From: Clostridiales bacterium
GTDB taxonomy: Bacteria; Bacillota; Clostridia; Christensenellales; UBA1242
DNA: 64,000 nucleotides
Assembly: GCA_015055535.1 (NCBI GenBank)
Contig: SVIA01000002.1
Location: 16,314-80,313, forward strand
Direction of reading: 5' to 3'
Shown: positions 19,253 to 26,932 of the stretch, one piece after another
Position numbering within the stretch: position 1 is the first letter of the stretch
Layout: each line of letters begins with the position of its first letter
Notes under the pieces: generated by a model
Told to the model about the DNA's origin: nothing
The model's database searches: none
The model's input: the letters and a program-made list of their open reading frames with translations, nothing else
Translations under genes and position numbers: made by a program

Positions 19253-19510
19253 ATGGAAAAATTTTTAAATTATAAATTTTTAATGACTGTTCTTGCTAGT
19301 ATTATTGTTTTATTAGAAGTTTTAGTTAATATTTTTAAAGTAAATATTAACATTGAAGCAATTATAAGTGTTAGCATGGCTATTGTTGGCGTTTTAATTG
19401 CAATAGGTTTAATAAAAAAGAATAAAGACGATAAAACTATAGAAACGGTTGAAGATTTAAAAGAATTATTAGAAGAAAATAAAGAAGAAGAAAAAAATGA
19501 TAAAGAATAA
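19253..19510 (+). CDS. two-TM holin-like protein
   Basis: The protein is 85 aa with two hydrophobic helices (LMTVLASIIVLLEVLV and ISVSMAIVGVLIAIGLI) and a highly charged C-terminus. AAGGA SD is present. Confidence 0.55.
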   Translation: MEKFLNYKFLMTVLASIIVLLEVLVNIFKVNINIEAIISVSMAIVGVLIAIGLIKKNKDDKTIETVEDLKELLEENKEEEKNDKE

Positions 19511-19518
19511 ACTAAAAA

Positions 19519-19550
19519 AGAGAAAATGAACATTCATTTTCTCTTTTTTT
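19519..19550 (+). terminator. strong rho-independent terminator closing the phage-like cluster
   Basis: AGAGAAAATGAA / TTCATTTTCTCT perfect arms followed by a T-run. Confidence 0.7.
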
Positions 19551-19625
19551 ATTGATAAAGAATATTTTAATTTTTTTATATTATAAAACATTTTCTTTAA
19601 AAAATTTATATGTTATAATATAGGT

Positions 19626-20858
19626 ATGGATAATAAAAATACGCAAAAAATGCTTTTATTAATAAATGGGTTAAAAATAATACTAACAATTTTCACAAGT
19701 ACTTTTTTTACATCTTATATTGTTGCTTTAAATAAAAGTAATATTTTTGGAGCGGGCATTATAAATGTTGGTAGTTTTTATTTATCGCAATATTTAATTT
19801 ATATTCTGACTTATTTGTTATTAAGTAGATTTGTGGCTAAAAGTAATCGTGTTAATTTTTTAAGATTGGCAATTATAATAAATGGATTATTGCTAATATC
19901 TTTAGTGTTTTTTGGTAATTATCTTTTAAATTGGATTTTTTTAGCAGGTGCTTTAATAGGTGTATCAGATGCTTTTTATAACTCTAGTTATTTAGTAATG
20001 AAAAACGAGGTTGTAAAAAAGAAAAATATAAACAATTTTAATATTAAAGTTTCGGTTTTAACCAATTTAATTAATATTATAATTCCAATAATTTTGGGTT
20101 ATTTAATAGATTTAACAACATTTAATTATATAGCTATTTATGTTATTGTTATTGTTGTTTTTCAACTTATATTTTCATTTTTTATATCGCCGTATCGCCC
20201 AAAATTACCAAAATTTAAACTAAAAGAGTTTTGTTTATATTTAAAAAATAATGCTGAAGATAGAAGTAAATTAAAATGGAATTATTTAAATTTGTTTTTT
20301 GCTGGATTTAAAAACACTTATAAAGTTTTAATAGTAATTTTAACAATTTATGTTTTTGAAACTAACTTTAGCTTAGGAATACTAACTTCAATATTTTCTA
20401 TAATAACTACAATTTTGTTAATTATTTTTAAAAAATTTGAATATCACAAAAAAATGAATAAACTTTTAGTTTTTATGATAGTAAGTATACTGCCTATAAT
20501 TTTATGTGTTTTATTTATAATTTTACAAAATTCATTAATTTTAATTGCATTAAATTTTTCTTTAACTTTAGCTATTCAGCTTTCAGAATATGCATCTAAT
20601 TCTAGTAGAGATGCAATTATAAAATGTTTAAATAAGTACGAATATATTGTAGAACATCAGTTTTTGTCTGAAGCTTTTATGTGCTTAAGTAGAATATTAT
20701 CTTATACAATATTTATAATAGTTGGCTTATTTCAAAATATAACACTATTTACAATACTTTTAATAATTTTGATAAGTTTAAATCCAATAAAATTTTATTT
20801 TATGTACAAATTAGAAACGGTAAGAGAAAATTTGAGTAAAGAATTAAATAATATATAA
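19626..20858 (+). CDS. polytopic membrane protein (MFS-like transporter, tentative)
   Basis: About 11-12 hydrophobic helices over 410 aa. There is no SD; a TGTTATAAT box ends 6 nt before the ATG. Confidence 0.45.
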   Translation: MDNKNTQKMLLLINGLKIILTIFTSTFFTSYIVALNKSNIFGAGIINVGSFYLSQYLIYILTYLLLSRFVAKSNRVNFLRLAIIINGLLLISLVFFGNYLLNWIFLAGALIGVSDAFYNSSYLVMKNEVVKKKNINNFNIKVSVLTNLINIIIPIILGYLIDLTTFNYIAIYVIVIVVFQLIFSFFISPYRPKLPKFKLKEFCLYLKNNAEDRSKLKWNYLNLFFAGFKNTYKVLIVILTIYVFETNFSLGILTSIFSIITTILLIIFKKFEYHKKMNKLLVFMIVSILPIILCVLFIILQNSLILIALNFSLTLAIQLSEYASNSSRDAIIKCLNKYEYIVEHQFLSEAFMCLSRILSYTIFIIVGLFQNITLFTILLIILISLNPIKFYFMYKLETVRENLSKELNNI

Positions 20859-20886
20859 AAAACACCTCAATTGAGGTATTTTTTGT
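20857..20886. terminator. bidirectional terminator
   Basis: ACCTCAA/TTGAGGT palindrome flanked by an A-run and a T-run, between convergent genes. Confidence 0.6.
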
Positions 20887-20887
20887 T

Positions 20888-22255
20888 TTAATCCATAAAT
20901 GTATAAAAAGAAGTATACGCTAAGTAAGTTTCATATACATCAACTTTTGCTGTTATTTCCCAAGGGGCATGCATAGAAAGAACTGGCACACCGGCATCAA
21001 TTACATCTAAATTATATGCTGCCATAAAATGAGCTATAGTTCCGCCACCACCAACATCAATTTTTCCCATTTCGGTTGCTTGATAGTTTACACCGTTTTC
21101 ATCTAAAATTTTTCTTAATTTGGCTATATATTCTGGGTTAGCATCACTAGAACCACTTTTACCACGAGCGCCTGTATATTTACAAAAAGCAATTCCTCTT
21201 GTTATAAAAGCTTCTGTATTTTTGTTAAATTTATCTGGCCTATTTGGATCATATCCAGCTGTAACATCACTAGATAAAACTTTACTATTTTTTAAACAAT
21301 GACGAAGATTTAATTCAGAGTAATTACTGTTAGATAATGAAATTAAATCAGCAACAGTATTTTCAAAAAATGCACTTTGCATTCCGGTTGCCCCATAGCT
21401 ACCAATTTCTTCTTTATCAACAAGTAAACAAATGCTTGTTCTTTTTGGATTAGTAATATTGAAAAGAGCTTTTATAGAAGGGTAAGCACAAACTCTATCA
21501 TCTTGGCCATAAGCTAAAATCATAGATTTATCTAATCCTAAATCTCGAGCTTTCCCAGAAGGAACAATTTCTATTTCGCTAGAAAATAAATCGTTTTCTT
21601 CAATTCCTTTTTCTTTTAAAATTTTTAAAATATTATTTTTGATTTTATTTTTTTCTTTATTTTTGTCTGGAATAGTTCCAGCAATTAAATTTAATTCTTC
21701 TCCAGTTACAACTTCTTTTCTCTCATCTTTATCTAAGTGAGGTAGAAGATCGCTAATACATAAAACGCCATCTTCTTCATTTTCTCCATAAATTAAATTT
21801 ATTTTTGTTCCATCTTTTTTAACAACAACTCCATGAAGTGCAAGTGGAGTTGCAGTCCATTGATATTTTTTAATTCCACCATAATAATGTGTATCAAGTA
21901 AACATATTCCAGAATCTTCGTATAAAGGATTTGCTTTTAAGTCTAATCTTGGACTATCTATATGAGAGGCAACAATATTTAAACCATTTTTTAAATCATC
22001 TTCTCCAATTACGGCTAAAACAATTGCTTTATCCATATTAACGGCATAAATTTTATCACCTGCTTTTATTTTATCACCTGTTTTTATTATTTCATTAATG
22101 TCTTTAAAGCCTTTTTCTTTTGCTATTTTTACAGTTTCTATAATTGCTTCACGTTCGGTTTTTGCGTTGTCTAAAAACTTTTTATATCCCTCACAAAAAC
22201 TAAATGCATCTGCTAATTTTTTTTCATCATATTTTGAATATACACTTTCGTTCAT
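20888..22255 (-). CDS. M18-family aminopeptidase
   Basis: VASHIDSPRLDLKANP resembles the M18 HTDSP motif. The N-terminus FSFCEGYKKFLDNAKTEREA is typical of clostridial aminopeptidase 1. The protein is 455 aa. Confidence 0.75.
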   Translation of the reverse strand: MNESVYSKYDEKKLADAFSFCEGYKKFLDNAKTEREAIIETVKIAKEKGFKDINEIIKTGDKIKAGDKIYAVNMDKAIVLAVIGEDDLKNGLNIVASHIDSPRLDLKANPLYEDSGICLLDTHYYGGIKKYQWTATPLALHGVVVKKDGTKINLIYGENEEDGVLCISDLLPHLDKDERKEVVTGEELNLIAGTIPDKNKEKNKIKNNILKILKEKGIEENDLFSSEIEIVPSGKARDLGLDKSMILAYGQDDRVCAYPSIKALFNITNPKRTSICLLVDKEEIGSYGATGMQSAFFENTVADLISLSNSNYSELNLRHCLKNSKVLSSDVTAGYDPNRPDKFNKNTEAFITRGIAFCKYTGARGKSGSSDANPEYIAKLRKILDENGVNYQATEMGKIDVGGGGTIAHFMAAYNLDVIDAGVPVLSMHAPWEITAKVDVYETYLAYTSFYTFMD

Positions 22256-22419
22256 AATTTACTCCTTTAATTATAGTTTACTATAAAACAAAAAATTTAC
22301 AAAATAATATGTTAAATTTTATTAAATTTAAATTAATATATTAAATAGATTAAAATAGCTTATTAATGTATATTGACAATTTTAAATGAAAATTGTATAA
22401 TAAAAAAGAGGTGGTAAAA

Positions 22420-23121
22420 ATGGAAAAAGCAATATTACTAAACGAAGAATTAATTAACAAACTAAAAAAAGCTTGCGTGGAAGAAAAACTTATAACAATT
22501 AAAGGTGTTAATCAACTTGGGCAAAAATTTAAAACAGTAGGTAGAATTTCAAAAACAGATAAGGGCAAGCCTGCGTTAGATGACGATTGTATATTGCTTG
22601 AGTTTGGGGTGTCTAAGGATAATAAGTTTGCGCAACAAACAAAATGGTATGCTCCTTTTTATATAACATACAATAAAAAAGCAAAATTTGCTGCATTATA
22701 TGCGTTTAGTATAAGTGTAGATAATAAAGTTATTTTTAAAAATGAAAATAAAGAAGAAATTTTATTTAATATAAAATTATCACTAAAAGAAAAAAAAGCA
22801 AAACAAACAGCTAATAAAATGCCAAAAAGTAAATTTATTCATCAAATTGAAGCACATATTGGAAAACCAATTATTATTGGGAAAACTTGCGGAATTATTG
22901 CTTCTGTAGAAGATGTTAATGAAAATGGATATCCTATGCTTACTATTATTATGGATGGAACAGGTGTTGTTAAAATACCGTTAGATTCTAGATTTAATAC
23001 AATTTTAGAAGAAACTAATGATGGAGAAATAAAACTTATTGCAAAAATGGATAAAAAATATTTTAAAGAAGTAACAAAATGTCAAAAGATTAACTCGAAA
23101 AATAATGAATTAATATTTTAA
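22420..23121 (+). CDS. hypothetical protein
   Basis: The ATG at 22420 follows a GAGGTGG SD, and a TTGACA..TATAAT promoter lies upstream. No motif was recognised. Confidence 0.5.
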   Translation: MEKAILLNEELINKLKKACVEEKLITIKGVNQLGQKFKTVGRISKTDKGKPALDDDCILLEFGVSKDNKFAQQTKWYAPFYITYNKKAKFAALYAFSISVDNKVIFKNENKEEILFNIKLSLKEKKAKQTANKMPKSKFIHQIEAHIGKPIIIGKTCGIIASVEDVNENGYPMLTIIMDGTGVVKIPLDSRFNTILEETNDGEIKLIAKMDKKYFKEVTKCQKINSKNNELIF

Positions 23122-23209
23122 TAATTATAAGTTTAGTTAAGCTAATTTAAATCAGCTTGTTATATTATAATATAAGTTTTAGATTATAAATTTAGAGAAA
23201 AGGGCAAAA

Positions 23210-23722
23210 ATGACAATACGTAAATTAACAGAAAAAGACAAAAATCTTTTGTATAATTTAATTAATAATATCGAAGCCAATTTAGAAGATAAAACTTTTT
23301 GGCTTCCAATAAAAGATAAAGCTAAAGAAAATTTTTTTAACGAGAATTGGACTTTATTTTATGGGGCGTTTAAAGATGATAAACTAATAGGAGCTTGTGC
23401 ATTATTTTTTAATGAATATGAATATGGCGAAACGCTATCTTATTTAAAGCATATTCCGATTAATTCTTGTGCTGAAATTGGTAGATGTATGGTTCATCCA
23501 GATTATCGTGGAAATAACATAATGCAATTAATTAATGCAAAACTTATTAAAGAAGCAAAAAAACGTAACATAAATTATATTTTGGCAACAGCACACCCAA
23601 AAAACTTTGCTAGCAATATTTCTTTTGAAAAACTAAATTTTAAAAGTATTAAAACAATAGTTAAGGAAAATATTTATTCAAGAAATATTTGGTTATTGAA
23701 TTTAGACGAAAAAACAGAGTAG
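23210..23722 (+). CDS. GNAT-family N-acetyltransferase
   Basis: The protein is 170 aa. EIGRCMVHPDYRGNNIMQLINAKLIKEAKK matches the acetyl-CoA binding motif A (R/Q-x-x-G-x-G/A type). Confidence 0.7.
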   Translation: MTIRKLTEKDKNLLYNLINNIEANLEDKTFWLPIKDKAKENFFNENWTLFYGAFKDDKLIGACALFFNEYEYGETLSYLKHIPINSCAEIGRCMVHPDYRGNNIMQLINAKLIKEAKKRNINYILATAHPKNFASNISFEKLNFKSIKTIVKENIYSRNIWLLNLDEKTE

Positions 23723-23768
23723 TGCACTCTGTTTTTTATTTAGTATTAAATTTATAATAATAAATTGT

Positions 23769-24263
23769 TTATTTGCTTAAATATTGATCATCATTAAAAT
23801 AAGTTTTAATGTTTTTGTTAAGTTCATTTAAAGCGTTTTCATAGCCAATTTTTGCTAAACTTATATTTTTTTTGTATTCTTTTTCAATGTTTTTTATAGT
23901 ATTGGTATAATTATTTACTGCCAATTTTTGATTGTATAATATAAAGTTTTTTGAATAAGATGTAAATCTATTCGCCATATAAGAAAAATAGATTTTTTTA
24001 GCTTTATTTAATGCTGCATCTTCTTTATAATTATTTGAAGATTCAATTTCAAAATCACTTATTTTGCAATAGTATTTTATTTTTCCAACTTCTTTTTCAA
24101 AAAATATTGGATTAGGCTCTAATTCAATTGTAACTGAATTTTTATTTTCATCAAATGTGCAGGTGGCTTTATAATTGAAATATTCTTTTTTGCATTCTAA
24201 AACTGATGCAATTTTATCAAATAATTTTTTTCTTTCTTCTAAATTTAATTTTTGTAAATACAT
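23769..24263 (-). CDS. hypothetical protein
   Basis: GAGG SD and an intact 164-aa ORF. No motif was recognised. Confidence 0.45.
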   Translation of the reverse strand: MYLQKLNLEERKKLFDKIASVLECKKEYFNYKATCTFDENKNSVTIELEPNPIFFEKEVGKIKYYCKISDFEIESSNNYKEDAALNKAKKIYFSYMANRFTSYSKNFILYNQKLAVNNYTNTIKNIEKEYKKNISLAKIGYENALNELNKNIKTYFNDDQYLSK

Positions 24264-24417
24264 AATTTTACCTCTAATTAAATAATAACATAATTTTTAA
24301 AATAAATCAATATCTAATGAAAATAAATATAAGCTCAGTCTAAAATATTTAAATTAAGCTATAATTAATGTATATTTGTGTGTTTATATACATACATTAA
24401 TGCATATTAATTTAATA

Positions 24418-25044
24418 TTAAATGTTAGTTATCCAATCACGCAATATGTTAAGTAAATTTTTATATTTTTTGTAGTTTTCTTTTTTGTTTGTTATAGCGC
24501 AATTTATTTCAATTTGGATGGCCCATATATTTGGGTATTTGTTTACCATACTGCTCGAAATGGTGTTATAACTAGCCATAAAAGGATTATCAATTTTTGT
24601 TATAAAATTATTTTTAACTAAAGAATTATATAAATTGTCAAAAAGTTTTTCGTTTAGTTTAATATTTTGACCCAAATGAGTTCCTAAATTTATATCACAA
24701 TCTCTTTTAGAGGCAAGTCCATGTATATCAACAATATAATTAATTTTATTATTTTGTATTAAATTTTCAATTGAATTTTTATATTTAGATTTTTCATCAA
24801 AATTTGCGTCGTCATTATTGTTTTGTGTTTTAGCAATTAAAAAACAATTCGAATTTTCAAACAAGTATAACGCTGTAGTTAATGAACCAATTTCACAATA
24901 TTTATATTTTCCCAATCTTATTTGAGAAACTCCATGTGGTGAAGAAATTAAAACATTGTTTTTTCCTTTTAAAACAATATGGTCGTTATTTTTATTTTTG
25001 TTAATAAAATTTTTTCTATTTTCATGTAATTTATCAAAACTCAT
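24418..25044 (-). CDS. N-formylglutamate amidohydrolase / poly-gamma-glutamate hydrolase-like zinc hydrolase (tentative)
   Basis: The pattern LISSPHGVSQ ... E ... VDIHGL ... NPF ... IQIEIN resembles the FGase-family metal-ligand layout. Confidence 0.4.
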   Translation of the reverse strand: MSFDKLHENRKNFINKNKNNDHIVLKGKNNVLISSPHGVSQIRLGKYKYCEIGSLTTALYLFENSNCFLIAKTQNNNDDANFDEKSKYKNSIENLIQNNKINYIVDIHGLASKRDCDINLGTHLGQNIKLNEKLFDNLYNSLVKNNFITKIDNPFMASYNTISSSMVNKYPNIWAIQIEINCAITNKKENYKKYKNLLNILRDWITNI

Positions 25045-25141
25045 ATTTTCTCTCTTTCTTATTATATCATATTTTTACAAAAAATTCAAAGTAATCAAAA
25101 AAATAAAAAAAGTACGAATTTATGTTCGTACAATTTACTAT

Positions 25142-25218
25142 TGGTGCGTCCTAAGGGATTCGAACCCCTGACCTTTGGTTCCGTAGACCAACGCTCTATC
25201 CAGCTGAGCTAAGAACGC
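25142..25218 (-). tRNA. tRNA-Arg (anticodon ACG), CCA encoded
   Basis: The reverse complement GCGTTCTTAGCTCAGCTGGATAGAGCGTTGGTCTACGGAACCAAAGGTCAGGGGTTCGAATCCCTTAGGACGCACCA folds as a cloverleaf. It has a 7-bp acceptor stem, a GCTC/GAGC D stem, a TTGGT/ACCAA anticodon stem with loop CTACGGA, and a GGTTCGAAT T-loop. A hairpin plus T-run terminator follows on the minus strand (~25103-25135). Confidence 0.9.
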
Positions 25219-25368
25219 ATAAATATTTTTAATTTAACTTTTACATTTTAACACAATAATTTTAATTTTACAAGTATAATTTTAAAATTTTACACATTTT
25301 AAATATTTTATGATATAATAAAACAATAAAAAATTTTTATGAAAAAATAAAAAATCTAAAAAAATGTA

Positions 25369-25399
25369 TTGACTCTATAGTTTACTATAGTGTTACACT
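25369..25399 (+). promoter_or_regulatory. MerR-type promoter with a 19-nt spacer containing a palindromic operator
   Basis: TTGACT (25369-25374), a 19 nt spacer and TACACT (25394-25399). The spacer holds CTATAGT-TT-ACTATAG (25375-25390). It lies directly upstream of the MerR-family gene. Confidence 0.55.
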
Positions 25400-25421
25400 G
25401 CTGCTAACAAAGGAGAAAGCT

Positions 25422-26438
25422 ATGATAAAAATTGGTGAATTATCTAATATTACTGGAGTATCTATTCAAACAATACGCTATTATGAAAACGAGGGATTAA
25501 TTTATCCGGTAGAAGTTGATAAGTGGACAAATTATCGTTATTATGATGATAGTAGTATTAAAAGATTAAGTGAAATTTCTTATTTAAAAAGCTTGGGTTT
25601 TTCTTTAAATGAAATTAAAAACCTAAATGAAAATGTTATAAAAGAAAAAGTTTCACAAACAAAGATAGATATTAGAAATTTAAACGATAATTTACATAAA
25701 CTTTCTTCTGTATTTAGTAAAGGGGGATTTTTTATGAAAAATTTTGTTAATGATGAAAGGGTGATAGGCAAGTGGAAAAAAATTGCTGTAGTAAAAGAAA
25801 AGGAAGATTATTATTTAAACAAATTTATAAATGATGAAATTTTTGATTTTGACTTTGAAAATATTTATTTTCTTCCAAATGGAAAAGATTATTGGGCTTT
25901 TGCTGGATGGACAAAAGGAATGTTATATTATAAAGTTTTTCAATTTCCATATGAAATAATTGATGATAAATTGTTTTTAGGTATTATTGATTATAAGACA
26001 AATAAGGTATATGAATACGGTGTTTTTGAAAAAGTAGATAGCAAACATTATACAGAAGATGATATTAGAATAAAAAATGACACTAACATTGAATTTACAT
26101 TAGATGAAAGAGTGATTGGTTTTTGGGATGCGGTTGATTTTATTCAAGATCCAAGTATTTATAATCCAAATGAAAAAACAGAAACCAAAGAATTAAACGT
26201 TAAACGTTATACTTTTGAGCCAGATGGCACTTTAATTGTAACTTATAACGATACAAACGAGGCAAAAAAGAAAAATTGGAGTAAGAATTTTATAATAAAT
26301 AAAGCATTAAAAGGAGTAAGCAATTATAAAATTAAAAAATTTGGTGATGAAGACTACATGTTTGTTGAATGGAAAATTGGACCTTATTTTTATACTGGAA
26401 AGTTTTATAATTATTATGTGTTTAAAAAAATAAAATAA
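25422..26438 (+). CDS. MerR-family transcriptional regulator with a large C-terminal domain of unknown function
   Basis: The N-terminus IKIGELSNITGVSIQTIRYYENEGLI is the MerR HTH. A coiled linker follows, then about 230 aa with no recognised motif. Confidence 0.75.
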   Translation: MIKIGELSNITGVSIQTIRYYENEGLIYPVEVDKWTNYRYYDDSSIKRLSEISYLKSLGFSLNEIKNLNENVIKEKVSQTKIDIRNLNDNLHKLSSVFSKGGFFMKNFVNDERVIGKWKKIAVVKEKEDYYLNKFINDEIFDFDFENIYFLPNGKDYWAFAGWTKGMLYYKVFQFPYEIIDDKLFLGIIDYKTNKVYEYGVFEKVDSKHYTEDDIRIKNDTNIEFTLDERVIGFWDAVDFIQDPSIYNPNEKTETKELNVKRYTFEPDGTLIVTYNDTNEAKKKNWSKNFIINKALKGVSNYKIKKFGDEDYMFVEWKIGPYFYTGKFYNYYVFKKIK

Positions 26439-26520
26439 TGTGATTTATTAAACGGTTTAATATAAAAGATAAAAAGTTGAAAAAATTTTCAACTTTTTAT
26501 TTGTTAATTATTGCTTAATT

Positions 26521-26844
26521 TTATTTTTTATTAGCTTTTTGTTTTTCTATTTGACCAGCTAGTTTATCTAATTTTTCATCTAATCTTTTTTGTAATTTAT
26601 CTTCACCAACATAAGAAATCAATTGTTCAACACACATAAATGTGTCGGCAAGCTCTTCTAAAAGATTATCTTCAACAATTGGATTGTTTTGATATTCGTT
26701 ATACAAACATTTTCTTTTATATTTGTTTATTGCTACTATTAGTTCGGCGCATTCTTCTACACATTGATCATACTGAGCAATTTTGCCCCAATATTTTTCT
26801 GCTTCGTTATATAAGTTTAATCTTTCTGTTTTTGTATATTTCAT
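26521..26844 (-). CDS. MazG-like nucleotide pyrophosphohydrolase family protein (small)
   Basis: CVEECAELIVAINKY ... LLEELADTFMCVEQL matches the EExxE...ExxD four-helix MazG pattern. GAGGAG SD is present. Confidence 0.5.
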   Translation of the reverse strand: MKYTKTERLNLYNEAEKYWGKIAQYDQCVEECAELIVAINKYKRKCLYNEYQNNPIVEDNLLEELADTFMCVEQLISYVGEDKLQKRLDEKLDKLAGQIEKQKANKK

Positions 26845-26932
26845 AATTATTCTCCTCGTTTTATTTTAATAAATTATTTAATATTTTGTCAAACCATTAC
26901 ATAAAAATCCAATTTAAACTAAAAATATTTGT

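Larger units (their letters stand above)
10669..19550 (+). mobile_element. phage-derived packaging/head/holin gene cluster with no tail, integrase, replication or endolysin genes (domesticated element, satellite or remnant)
   Basis: Twelve co-directional, tightly packed ORFs with strong SDs run from TerL to a holin. A 12-bp-stem terminator closes the cluster. See the individual CDS entries. Confidence 0.7.

Noticed and set aside
9311-19550. Calling this region an intact prophage
   Set aside because: Only packaging, head and holin functions are recognisable. I see no integrase, repressor, replication, tail or endolysin genes, and no att repeats. It is reported instead as a phage-derived cluster of uncertain status.
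26845-26932. Forespore (sigma-G type) promoter upstream of the gerA operon
   Set aside because: Biologically it is expected, but I could not place convincing -35/-10 elements by eye in this AT-rich spacer. No feature is reported.
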